This document shows positions 16,043-25,461 of a DNA stretch of 40,887 bases, in pieces. Source of the DNA: a virus (lineage: Duplodnaviria; Caudoviricetes). The notes under the pieces were generated by a model, which saw only the letters and a program-made list of their open reading frames with translations, ran no database searches and had not been told where the DNA came from. Every line of letters begins with the position of its first letter. Positions within the stretch are counted from its first letter, which is position 1. A program made the translations under genes and the position numbers. The stretch covers positions 1-40,887 of the IMG/VR virus record IMGVR_UViG_3300038312_000091; one strand, 5' to 3'.

Positions 16043-18531
16043 GTGATAGTGTTGGACGAATTGGTTTAGACTTAGGGGTTAATTATAGTAGTTTTAAGAA
16101 AGAGCTCAATACAATGCCTAATAGAATAGCCCCTATGCTACAATCGCCTTTGAAGAAGCTTGGTATGCTTACAGCAGCAGCTTTTAGCTTGAAAGCTCTA
16201 TTCAATTTTGGCAAAGGTGCTTTGGATTTGGCATCAGACCTTACAGAAGTTCAGAACGTGGTTGATGTTACTTTTGGGGGTATGGCCCAAAACATTAATG
16301 ACTTTTCTAAAAATGCTCTACAATCCCTGGGACTATCAGAGCTTTCAGCTAAAAGATTTACCTCAACTATGGGAGCTATGCTAAAGAGTTCAAATTTAGC
16401 AGGACAACAAATGTTAACTATGTCTAAAGACTTGACTGCTTTGGCTGCTGATATGGCTTCTTTCTACAATTTAGATGCTAATGTTGCTTTTGACAAGATA
16501 AGGTCAGGTGTGTCTGGTATGACAGAACCACTAAAACAACTTGGCATAAACATGAACATAGCAAATGTAGAAGCTTATGCCTTATCAAAAGGTATAAAAA
16601 AGAGCTTTGATAAAATGTCTCAAGCTGAGCAAACTTTGTGGAGATATAAATATTTGATGGAAGTTACTAAGGATGCTCAGGGGGATTTTGCAAGAACTTC
16701 ACATACTTGGGCAAACCAAGTAAAGCTTATGAGAGAACAATGGAGTATTTTCACGGGCACAATGGGTCAAGGCTTTATCAATCTGCTAACCCCAATTCTT
16801 AGGGGGCTTAACGCATTAATTCAAAAGCTTCAGATAGCTGCCCAATACTTTAAGGCTTTTACTGAATTGGTATTTGGTGCTCAAGAATCTGCTTCTGGAA
16901 CAACTGATGCTGTATCTGATATGAATTCTTCTCTTGGTGATGCAGGAAATGCTGTTAAAAAAGCAGGAAAAGAAGCAAAAAATTCTTTAGCAGGGTTTGA
17001 TCAATTAAACACCCTAACAAAACAAACTGCTGACTCTTTAAGTGGCATAGAGGATAGTGCTGAGGGGAATATAGACTTAGGGACAGCTGCGTCCGGTAAA
17101 ATAGATTTAGAGGTAGATACTTCATCCTTAGAGACTTTAAAATTACTGCTAGAGCCACTAGCTCAAATAAGTTTAGAGCCATTAAGACAATCTTTAAGCA
17201 ACTTAAAAACAGCAATTGAACCTTTTACACAAAACTTATTTAGTGGGCTTCAGTGGTTCATGCAGGAAGTTCTAACCCCACTATCTACATGGGCTATGCA
17301 AGAAGCAATACCCGCATTCTTGAATTTATTGGCAGGTGCTTTTAGTGTATTAAACCCTTTGATTGATGCCTTTAAACCTTTAGCTTTGTTTTTGTGGAAT
17401 GAGTTCTTACAACCAATAGCAAAGTGGACTGGTGGTGTCATAATAGACACTTTAAACAGTCTTGCAGATATTCTTGGTAAAATTGGAGATTGGATGAGTA
17501 ATAATCTTGATCTAGTTAGAAATATTGCTATAGCAGTTGGGGCATTCTTCTTGGCTTGGAAGTTAACAGAAGTAATGGCTTTTATACAGATGAGTGGGGG
17601 TATTGTTGGAGCTTTGACAGCTATAAAAACAGCTTTAGCAGGAGCAACTTTAGCCAAACTGGCTGATAAAGCTGAGACTATAGCTCTATCGTTATTATAT
17701 GCTAAAGATTTTGTAATGTCTATTGTAGCAGGCACAAAAGCACTATTAGCTCAAGCTCTTCAATGGAGTGCTAATACCCTTGCGATGATAGCTAATAAAA
17801 TTGCTATGGCAGCATCTACAATAGCTCAATGGGCTATGACTGCGGCTACAACAGCATGGAATACCATATGTGGTATAGCTACAACAGTTACAACAGCTTT
17901 TGGTACAGCAGTAGCTTTTTTAACATCTCCCATTGGTTTGGTTATATTGGCAATAGCAGCTTTAGTTGCGGGAGTTATAATTCTCATCAAGAATTGGGAT
18001 AAAGTAAAAGAAGCAGGGTCAAAGGCATGGGAAGGAATAAAAGATGCTTGGCAACAAGCAAAATCATGGTTTTCTTCAAACGTGATTTCTCCGCTATCTA
18101 GTGCCTTTAAAGGTCTATTTAACTCAATAATAGATGGTATGAATTGGGTTATAAGAGGACTAAACAAACTCAAGATTAAAATACCTGATTGGGTTCCAGG
18201 ATTTGGTGGAGAATCATGGGGTATAGACATTAAACAGATACCAAGATTGGCAAATGGCGGCTTAGTATCATCACCCACTTTAGCTATGGTAGGAGACAAT
18301 AAGAATGCAAGGCAAGACCCAGAAGTTGTTGCTCCTTTGTCTAAATTGCAAGACATAATGGGTATGACTAATCAGTCAGTTATAGATGTTTTATTACTGA
18401 TTTTAGAAGCTATAAAAGCAAAAGATACACAAATGCTATTAAAAATAGGGGAAACAGAATTTGGGCAAACTGCTATTAAAGCCATAAACTCAGAACAAAG
18501 ACGTGTGGGAAAAACACTATTAATTGTGTAG
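16039..18531 (+). CDS. Tape measure protein
   Basis: 830 aa, helical and Ala-rich; ASDL.EVQNVV, QGDFART, IP.LA.GG. Confidence 0.92.
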   Translation: MSDSVGRIGLDLGVNYSSFKKELNTMPNRIAPMLQSPLKKLGMLTAAAFSLKALFNFGKGALDLASDLTEVQNVVDVTFGGMAQNINDFSKNALQSLGLSELSAKRFTSTMGAMLKSSNLAGQQMLTMSKDLTALAADMASFYNLDANVAFDKIRSGVSGMTEPLKQLGINMNIANVEAYALSKGIKKSFDKMSQAEQTLWRYKYLMEVTKDAQGDFARTSHTWANQVKLMREQWSIFTGTMGQGFINLLTPILRGLNALIQKLQIAAQYFKAFTELVFGAQESASGTTDAVSDMNSSLGDAGNAVKKAGKEAKNSLAGFDQLNTLTKQTADSLSGIEDSAEGNIDLGTAASGKIDLEVDTSSLETLKLLLEPLAQISLEPLRQSLSNLKTAIEPFTQNLFSGLQWFMQEVLTPLSTWAMQEAIPAFLNLLAGAFSVLNPLIDAFKPLALFLWNEFLQPIAKWTGGVIIDTLNSLADILGKIGDWMSNNLDLVRNIAIAVGAFFLAWKLTEVMAFIQMSGGIVGALTAIKTALAGATLAKLADKAETIALSLLYAKDFVMSIVAGTKALLAQALQWSANTLAMIANKIAMAASTIAQWAMTAATTAWNTICGIATTVTTAFGTAVAFLTSPIGLVILAIAALVAGVIILIKNWDKVKEAGSKAWEGIKDAWQQAKSWFSSNVISPLSSAFKGLFNSIIDGMNWVIRGLNKLKIKIPDWVPGFGGESWGIDIKQIPRLANGGLVSSPTLAMVGDNKNARQDPEVVAPLSKLQDIMGMTNQSVIDVLLLILEAIKAKDTQMLLKIGETEFGQTAIKAINSEQRRVGKTLLIV

Positions 18532-18543
18532 GGGGTATGAAGA

Positions 18544-18900
18544 ATGATACTTAAAATAGATGGGATAGAAATAGCGTCACCTTCACAATTTGAAGTAATT
18601 CCGCTTGACATAGATAATGGTGAAACTACTGTAAGAACAATGGACGGAACTTTACACAGAGATAGAATAGCAGTAAAAAGGCAAGTGAATATGGCTTGGG
18701 GCTTGCTATCATGGGAGGAAATATCAGCGATACTTCAGGCAATGGCTGGAGTGTTCTTTGAACTATATTATCCTGACCCAATAACAGGAAAATATGAAAC
18801 TAAAACTTTTTATGTGGGCAATAGACCTGCTACCGTAGCGGTGTCCACACCGCAGGGAATAAAGTGGTCGGGGTTAAAAGTAACGTTAACAGAGAGGTAG
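18544..18900 (+). CDS. Distal tail (Dit)-like protein
   Basis: R..DG.L.RDRIA.KR and TFYVG.R; follows TMP. Confidence 0.65.
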   Translation: MILKIDGIEIASPSQFEVIPLDIDNGETTVRTMDGTLHRDRIAVKRQVNMAWGLLSWEEISAILQAMAGVFFELYYPDPITGKYETKTFYVGNRPATVAVSTPQGIKWSGLKVTLTER

Positions 18901-18908
18901 GTGATTAA

Positions 18909-20996
18909 ATGTACCCAGTAAATGATGATTTTATAGCAGAATCCCTTAAAAAAGATAGAGAACTACAGGCAAAGATAGTTATAGGTGGCACTAAAGTATT
19001 TGATGATACTTCTATTGTTGGGTTTTCAATAGTGGATTCTATCACAAGTAAAGATGACTTTATTCTGGGTGAAGCTGTTTCTTCAAAGTTAACAGCATCA
19101 ATTCGTACAAAAATACTTTTATCTGATGGTGAAAAAATTGAACCATTTTTAAGATTTAAAACTGCCACAGGGTTTACTGATTATATACCTTTAGGGGTAT
19201 TTACTATAGATAGTAGAGTTAATAAGAACAATGTATGGGATATAGTGGCATATGATGATTTAACAGCACTATTAATACCATATGAATCAGAGCTTGAATT
19301 CCCAGCAACTATGGTTGATGTAATGAATGAAATCAAAACCCAGACAGGCTTGATATTTGATAATACTATACAAATTAATCCTGAATACACTATAGCCTAC
19401 AACAACAATACTGATGCCCCCACAATAAGAGATGTAATTAGATGGATTGCTGGTGTGCATTTATGTTCTACCCGCATGACAAAAGATGGCAAACTTTCTT
19501 GGGTAAAATTTACCCCAAGTCCTTCTGTGACAACAGACATTCCACGTTCTTTATATTTTAAGCTTGATAAACTGAACGAAATTAGAACGATAACAAAAGT
19601 TATTGTAACCAATAGTACAGAAGGTGAAGTGGTTTATACAGAAAAAGGTAGCGGAGGGGCATATAATACTGTAACTTTTGAAAATCCATACATGACTCCT
19701 GAATATTTAGATGCTGTGTTTGAACAAATTAATGGATTCTCTTATGTACCCTATACTTTGTCTATGAGGGGTTTGCCTTATTTGGAAGTAGCTGATGCCA
19801 TATCTTTTCAGCGTGATGAAAGTTTAACGTGGTTAGATATAGAAATACCATGGGAGAATTATGACATTCCGTGGGACGGGCTGGTATCTTATAATAGCTT
19901 AATTCTATCCAGTGAACTTATTTACAGGAAAGGCTTAATGCAGAATATATCTGCTAAATCACGGTCAGAAAAAGAAAATGAATACGAGTTTACAGGCACT
20001 CTAGATAAAGAAATAAAAAGGCTTAAAAGAAATTCAGTACAAGAAAATAAGCTGTATAATGGAGTAAAAATAACCAGAAATAGTGGTATTGATGTTATTA
20101 GAAGTGATGGCAAAGTCGAAGTTAATATGTCTGCCACAGATGGATTTAGAATCATGTCTGATAGAGGACAAGGCTACTTAGAAGATGTATTATATCTTGA
20201 TACTGAAGGGAACTTGAAGCTTATTTCTGAAGACATGGTAACATTTGAATCCTTAAAGACATCGGGTGCTACCATAATCAACGGAAGTAACATAACAACA
20301 GGCACGTTAGATGCCAGCCAAGTAAGTGTAATTAAGTTAAACGCATCTAACATAACAACAGGCACGTTAGATGCCAGCCAAGTAAGTGTAATTAAGTTAA
20401 ACGCATCTAACATAACAACAGGCACGTTAGATGCCAGCCAAGTAAGTGTAATTAAGTTAAACGCATCTAACATAACAACAGGCACGTTGTCAGCAAGTAG
20501 GATTGATGTGCAAAATCTAAAAGTCAAGCATTTAGATGGAGCAGACGGTACGTTTAGTGGGGAATTGAAGGCAGCAAGCGGCACATTTAGTGGTACACTA
20601 TCTAGTGTAATTATTCAAAACGATGATATTAGAATTAGTAATTCGACTATTAATTTTATTAATTCGTCTGGTGCGATAAAACGTGGTGGCGTCGGCGATG
20701 GATTAGATAATGTCCTATCGTTTACCAGCCAAGGAATAATTATCGGAGCATATTCAGGGAGTTATGTAAATGAATTATCGATTTTAACACGATATATTAA
20801 CATAGGTAGTAGCTATGGGGGTAGTGATTATAACCAAATCAAATTCACGGGACGCATAGGTTTTTTTGGCACTAGCCCACAGTATCAAAAAGACGTATAT
20901 TATGCTGCGAATGATACTAATGCAGAATTAAGAACTAGGCTAAATACTCTTATACAAAGACTTGGGGAGTATGGATTGATCTATCCTAGAAACTAG
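18909..20996 (+). CDS. Baseplate hub / tail spike protein
   Basis: YIPLGVF, AYD, G.PYLE..D hub motifs; NITTGTL repeats. Confidence 0.8.
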   Translation: MYPVNDDFIAESLKKDRELQAKIVIGGTKVFDDTSIVGFSIVDSITSKDDFILGEAVSSKLTASIRTKILLSDGEKIEPFLRFKTATGFTDYIPLGVFTIDSRVNKNNVWDIVAYDDLTALLIPYESELEFPATMVDVMNEIKTQTGLIFDNTIQINPEYTIAYNNNTDAPTIRDVIRWIAGVHLCSTRMTKDGKLSWVKFTPSPSVTTDIPRSLYFKLDKLNEIRTITKVIVTNSTEGEVVYTEKGSGGAYNTVTFENPYMTPEYLDAVFEQINGFSYVPYTLSMRGLPYLEVADAISFQRDESLTWLDIEIPWENYDIPWDGLVSYNSLILSSELIYRKGLMQNISAKSRSEKENEYEFTGTLDKEIKRLKRNSVQENKLYNGVKITRNSGIDVIRSDGKVEVNMSATDGFRIMSDRGQGYLEDVLYLDTEGNLKLISEDMVTFESLKTSGATIINGSNITTGTLDASQVSVIKLNASNITTGTLDASQVSVIKLNASNITTGTLDASQVSVIKLNASNITTGTLSASRIDVQNLKVKHLDGADGTFSGELKAASGTFSGTLSSVIIQNDDIRISNSTINFINSSGAIKRGGVGDGLDNVLSFTSQGIIIGAYSGSYVNELSILTRYINIGSSYGGSDYNQIKFTGRIGFFGTSPQYQKDVYYAANDTNAELRTRLNTLIQRLGEYGLIYPRN
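20288..20488 (+). repeat. Perfect 60 bp in-frame tandem repeat (about 3.3 copies)
   Basis: Encodes NITTGTLDASQVSVIKLNAS repeats. Confidence 0.97.
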
Positions 20997-21009
20997 GGGG
21001 TGAGAACGT

Positions 21010-21186
21010 ATGGAAAATCAGAAAACTATAGAAATAAAGTTAAATGATACTGAATACAATAACTTGATGATATTTATGCAAAGGGTTAATTTAAAAGGTG
21101 GAGAAGTTCCTGCTTTTGTAGCTATTATGAATAAATTGGAGGGAGCAATAGATGGCAAACAAGTATTGCAACCTGAAAGGGTATAA
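21010..21186 (+). CDS. Small 58 aa tail-associated protein (not in ORF track)
   Basis: GGGGGTG RBS; MENQKTIEIKL...VNLKGGEVPAF...PERV*. Confidence 0.65.
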   Translation: MENQKTIEIKLNDTEYNNLMIFMQRVNLKGGEVPAFVAIMNKLEGAIDGKQVLQPERV

Positions 21187-23686
21187 TAAAGTATCAGATG
21201 AATATAGCTTGATAACTACAGGGTTTGATGGTGTAGATACAGATGTAAAAGCACTTCAAACTGAAGTTGGTGAAATAGTAAAAGGAGATGCAAATGCTGA
21301 AGTCGGTCAAGCTCATATATCAGATGCTAAAAGTAAAGTATTCCCAACAATAAAAGATAGATTTGAAGAGATTGAAGAAGATGTATCAGTAAATGTGTTA
21401 AATACTACTCTTGCCTTATCCACAGCCGACAGCATCAAATCCGTCACGGCAAATGTGGGGAGCGTGCCAAAGGTGAAGATTGTTGCGCCGGATATAAGAC
21501 AGAACTTATTGCCTGATGGTGGCGAAGATATAAGCAAATGGCAGATAAAAACCGCTATTGAAGATACGGCTCAAAAAATGTTTGGTTCAAAATCGTTTAA
21601 ATGTTTTACAAGTGCTAGTAATCCAGCTTATGTAGCATCGGACATATCAGATAGTGGCACAAATTATTATTTTGCTTCCATGTATGTTTATGTTCTTATC
21701 AATGACGCCGCCAATATTTCTATTAGCATATCAAGTAAGGGCGCATGGGCACCACCTAATTACGGTACTAAGTCGGCAGATAAGAACAAGCTCAATGTAT
21801 GGCAACGTATCGGATTCAAATTTTCAACAACTGATGGATTTAGAATTTTATATGGTAGAAGTGGTGCTGGTTTAACCGAAGCCTATATAGATGGGCTAAT
21901 AGTGGAAAGAATATCGCAAGAGGACTATAACAGCAAAACAGAAGAACAATTACTATTAAAGCTTCCGTTCATTAACAGTGTTCAACCTTTGCTGAATCCT
22001 TGTTTGACGGTTCGTGGGAAGAATCTGTTAGATAAGAGCGAAGTTACTAAAGGTAAATTTATAGTTTTAGCAGATGGCACAATATCTACAAATGCATTAT
22101 ACGGATATGTTTTCATAAAAATAGAGTCCAATAAGCAATATAAGCTAAACAAATTTTTATCATCTAATACAGCATGGTTTGCTACAAAAGGCAATACTGC
22201 TTATATTAGTAGATTCAGTGATACAAATATTGCCCCTTCAAATGCTAAATATTTAGGAATAACGTTATTATTAACAGATTTAGATACAGCACAACTCGAA
22301 GAAGGCACTGTCGCAACGTCACATGAAACCCCGTGGGAAAAACAACGTATATATCCCTGCACACTTGGCAAAGTCAGCACATATGCAGACGAGCTGACCG
22401 ACGACGGCATAAAAGCTGTAAAGACGTGGAGGGTAAAGAAGTATGTGCTACAGGCAAGTAATATATCTTCTTTGAATACTGGAGAAGCAAATGTTGACTA
22501 TGTTTTGCTTACCTCAGAATTTTTCAAAAAAATAGGTGGAAATATTGCTCTCCCTACTGAGTCGAAAGCAATTGTAGGTGATTATATAGGTGTTGGTTAT
22601 TCAACAGGCACTTGGAACGCTTTAACAAATCCTCATCATTTTTCTATAAGCGGAGCAGATGGCAGAATGGCCTTCATATTTCCAAAAGGCACATATGCTA
22701 ACCTAGCAGCAGCCCAAGCAGCATTGACAGGAACAGAAATATGGTATGTGTTGGCTCAAGAGGAACAGGAGATTATTGAGCCTGTGGGAAGCCTGAAACT
22801 GGAGCAGGGATACAACTGCGTTGATGTGTCAACAGGAATAGCGTACGAGAGAGCTAACCCACAGTTATATAACTCAGGTGGAACAGACTACTATTTCATA
22901 AATATAGACCCTGTACCGCTAGGAAACTTGAAATACAAAAATAAAAGAATCGTGAAGGTTTATAGAGACGGCACTGATATAACTTCACTTTGTGATATAG
23001 CAACTATTAGTACAATTAATGGCAAAGAAAGAATAAGGATTAATAAGACAGACTATGACCCTAATATAAATGTAATTACAGTCCTCTATGAAGTCCTACA
23101 AGAGGACTACAACAGCCAGCAGGTGCAAGTCAAGCTGGAGTATGCCGACAATTTGAGAAGCTCGCATAATCAGCTTGTAGAGAATGTCTCAGGCATAGAA
23201 AATGAGTTGGGTGAAGAACAGTTTGCAAGGATTGTACATGAAGATATGTTGGTAACTGGCGGTAATGGTATACATGGATTAAAAATAGAAGAGGGCATAT
23301 GGGCACCAACACTAATAGGCCAAACTACAGCAGGTAGCAATACGTACACTAAAAAGTATGGGAAATACTATAAAAATGGTAAACATGTTATTGCCGAATT
23401 TAAAATTACACTATCTGCTAAGGATGCAAATATGAATGGCAATGTAATCTTAAATGGACTTCCGTTTTCTCCTGCGCCTGAGTCAACTGGTGCAATTACA
23501 ATTGGTTACATTGCTAATATTGTTTTTCCAACAGGCGTTACTCAATTAGCAGGAAGGCTATATCCTGGTTCATCAAATGGCTATTTCTATTTTGGCGGCA
23601 ATAATACCTCAGCTATAACTTTAACAGCTGAGCATTTGACAAATACAACTGTATTAGAGGGTGTTGTTACTTATATTACAAAATAG
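21152..23686 (+). CDS. Tail fibre / receptor-binding protein
   Basis: NAEV..A N-terminal anchor, CBM-like segments (GKNLLD, QLEEGTVAT), C-terminal EEG.W.P..GLPF head. Confidence 0.8.
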   Translation: MANKYCNLKGYNKVSDEYSLITTGFDGVDTDVKALQTEVGEIVKGDANAEVGQAHISDAKSKVFPTIKDRFEEIEEDVSVNVLNTTLALSTADSIKSVTANVGSVPKVKIVAPDIRQNLLPDGGEDISKWQIKTAIEDTAQKMFGSKSFKCFTSASNPAYVASDISDSGTNYYFASMYVYVLINDAANISISISSKGAWAPPNYGTKSADKNKLNVWQRIGFKFSTTDGFRILYGRSGAGLTEAYIDGLIVERISQEDYNSKTEEQLLLKLPFINSVQPLLNPCLTVRGKNLLDKSEVTKGKFIVLADGTISTNALYGYVFIKIESNKQYKLNKFLSSNTAWFATKGNTAYISRFSDTNIAPSNAKYLGITLLLTDLDTAQLEEGTVATSHETPWEKQRIYPCTLGKVSTYADELTDDGIKAVKTWRVKKYVLQASNISSLNTGEANVDYVLLTSEFFKKIGGNIALPTESKAIVGDYIGVGYSTGTWNALTNPHHFSISGADGRMAFIFPKGTYANLAAAQAALTGTEIWYVLAQEEQEIIEPVGSLKLEQGYNCVDVSTGIAYERANPQLYNSGGTDYYFINIDPVPLGNLKYKNKRIVKVYRDGTDITSLCDIATISTINGKERIRINKTDYDPNINVITVLYEVLQEDYNSQQVQVKLEYADNLRSSHNQLVENVSGIENELGEEQFARIVHEDMLVTGGNGIHGLKIEEGIWAPTLIGQTTAGSNTYTKKYGKYYKNGKHVIAEFKITLSAKDANMNGNVILNGLPFSPAPESTGAITIGYIANIVFPTGVTQLAGRLYPGSSNGYFYFGGNNTSAITLTAEHLTNTTVLEGVVTYITK

Positions 23687-23698
23687 GAGGTTTGCGAT

Positions 23699-23932
23699 AT
23701 GGAAGAAAGAGTTTATCTTGATATGCTTACTCAGAATAATGTAGATGTTAGAAAACAGAATATTGCTATTATTGATGGTAAGGAATACGCTGTTGGCGAT
23801 ATATATAGGAAAAACTATCAAAACACTGAAAGAGATAGGCAAGAGGTTTTAGATGAGGTGCCTGAGCCATACAGTACAGCTATATTTGCAGTATGGGGAG
23901 ATACACCAACAGTAATAGAAGCAACAGAATAA
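23699..23932 (+). CDS. Small protein after tail fibre (possible chaperone)
   Basis: AGGAGG RBS; AIFAVWGD.P motif. Confidence 0.7.
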   Translation: MEERVYLDMLTQNNVDVRKQNIAIIDGKEYAVGDIYRKNYQNTERDRQEVLDEVPEPYSTAIFAVWGDTPTVIEATE

Positions 23933-23941
23933 GGTTTCATT

Positions 23942-23963
23942 AGGATAGAATGCTATCCTTTTT
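23942..23963 (+). terminator. Intrinsic terminator
   Basis: AGGATAG-AATG-CTATCCT-TTTT. Confidence 0.7.
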
Positions 23964-23965
23964 AT

Positions 23966-24034
23966 ATTGCAGACTTGCACACAAAAAGACAAGCTATAAG
24001 AGATAAAATCAACGAGTTAGAAACGACACAATAG
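23966..24034 (+). pseudogene. 3' remnant of a tail-fibre-associated gene
   Basis: Startless frame IADLHTKRQAIRDKINELETTQ*. Confidence 0.45.
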
Positions 24035-24140
24035 AGTAAAAATGTGACGTATGGAGGTATTTAAAAATGCTTAATACAATAGAAAGGAGAAAATAATAAT
24101 CAAATAAGCTAGCGAAAGCATAAGTAACATAAAAGGGGGA

Positions 24141-24440
24141 TTGTCTATGCCAGAAACTCAATTAGCGCAGTATGGTATAGCAATATTCGCAGTAGGAGGG
24201 GCATATGCCCTACTCAAAGCAATAGTTGATGCAGGGGTTAAAATATATGAAAGAAAGAATCCACAACAAACACATACCAGATGTGCAGACAATTTAAGCA
24301 CAGTCATAACAAACAACACCAAGGCTATAGCAGAAAACACTAAAAGTAACCAAGAACTTCAAACAATAATTAAAGTATTTCAAGCTGAACAGGGTAGTAA
24401 AATGGATGAAATGTTAGAAAGAGCAAGGAGGGCGATTTGA
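24141..24440 (+). CDS. Holin-like / membrane protein
   Basis: One TM helix plus coiled coil; lysis cassette position. Confidence 0.6.
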   Translation: MSMPETQLAQYGIAIFAVGGAYALLKAIVDAGVKIYERKNPQQTHTRCADNLSTVITNNTKAIAENTKSNQELQTIIKVFQAEQGSKMDEMLERARRAI

Positions 24441-24676
24441 TGGAATACACAGATGTGTTATTAATCCCAATCATCATAGCTATTGCTGAAATGTTAAAAA
24501 AGACAGGGTTTAACCCTAAATTCATACCTGTGGTGAATATTGTATTGGGGCTTATTGGCGGTGTAATTTACCTCTATCCTGGTGACATCAAAGCTGGTAT
24601 TCTTAAAGGGTTGATAATGGGGCTTGCTGCCTCTGGATTCTACTCTGGTTACAAGAATATCAAGGAGGCACTATGA
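24437..24676 (+). CDS. Holin
   Basis: Hydrophobic 79 aa; KFIP, G...GLAASG.YS. Confidence 0.85.
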   Translation: MMEYTDVLLIPIIIAIAEMLKKTGFNPKFIPVVNIVLGLIGGVIYLYPGDIKAGILKGLIMGLAASGFYSGYKNIKEAL

Positions 24677-25413
24677 TAACTTATAGAGTTTTTGTATCTG
24701 CTTCAAATCAAAAAGCTAATGTAGGTGTTGGTCAATACGGAACAGAGCAAGATAGGATGCATATTCTAGCGGATAGGGTAAAATTTTGGTTAGAGACACA
24801 AAAGGGTAAGTTTATAGTGTTCAGGAATCCTGTTGGTTGTACTCTAGCTGAAACAATAAAAATGTGCAACAACTTGGCTTGCGACATTTTCCTTGAAGAA
24901 CACTCAGATGCTGGGAGGGTAGAAGATATTGCTGGAGATGGTGGGTCAGAAGGTACTACAGTATTTTATTACACCCCAGGAGGGGTAGGAGGTAAGAGCT
25001 ACCAATTTGCTACTATTATATACAAACACTTAGCTCCAATATCCCCAGGCAAAGACAGAGGGGTATTACCTGATACATCTTATGGTAGGACTAATGGTTT
25101 GTATGTTATTCGTAAAGCCAAACCCCCAGCAATACTTATAGAAAACATATTTCATACAAATCATGGAGAAGTTCAGGATATGATAGCTAGTGTAGATAAA
25201 TATGCTAAAGCTCAAGCCAAGGCCATATGCGAATATTTTGGAGAAAAATGGCAAGAAAGTTTGACGCCAGAACAATCCGTTATTGCTTTAGTTGATGCTA
25301 TGGTAAAGAAGGGTATAGTGTCTAGCAGAGAATACTGGATAGATGTGCTTTTAGGTAAGATACCAGCCAATCCTGAGTGGCTACAGGTTGCTTTCAAACG
25401 CTCATTATCCTAA
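24673..25413 (+). CDS. Endolysin, N-acetylmuramoyl-L-alanine amidase (Amidase_3-like)
   Basis: TE, HSDAG, G...FY, PAILIE..FH.N; short C-terminal binding domain. Confidence 0.85.
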   Translation: MITYRVFVSASNQKANVGVGQYGTEQDRMHILADRVKFWLETQKGKFIVFRNPVGCTLAETIKMCNNLACDIFLEEHSDAGRVEDIAGDGGSEGTTVFYYTPGGVGGKSYQFATIIYKHLAPISPGKDRGVLPDTSYGRTNGLYVIRKAKPPAILIENIFHTNHGEVQDMIASVDKYAKAQAKAICEYFGEKWQESLTPEQSVIALVDAMVKKGIVSSREYWIDVLLGKIPANPEWLQVAFKRSLS

Positions 25414-25426
25414 AATCCTCCTGTAT

Positions 25427-25461
25427 AAAGAGGGCAACCCTTGTGGCTGCCCTCTCTTTTT
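25427..25461. terminator. Bidirectional terminator between convergent arms
   Basis: AGAGGGCA..TGCCCTCT stem with A/T tracts on both sides. Confidence 0.8.

Noticed and set aside
20288-20488. CRISPR-like array or DGR repeat
   Set aside because: No spacers, in-frame coding repeat, no reverse transcriptase and no adenine-specific variation
24673-24760. Endolysin inactive because the first Zn-ligand His is missing (SASNQ)
   Set aside because: Other catalytic residues are intact and S.SNQ-type variants are, from memory, common in clostridial amidases; inactivity is not supported
6170-25397. Numerous - strand ORFs within the structural arm
   Set aside because: Antisense shadows of well-supported genes, with no RBS or motifs
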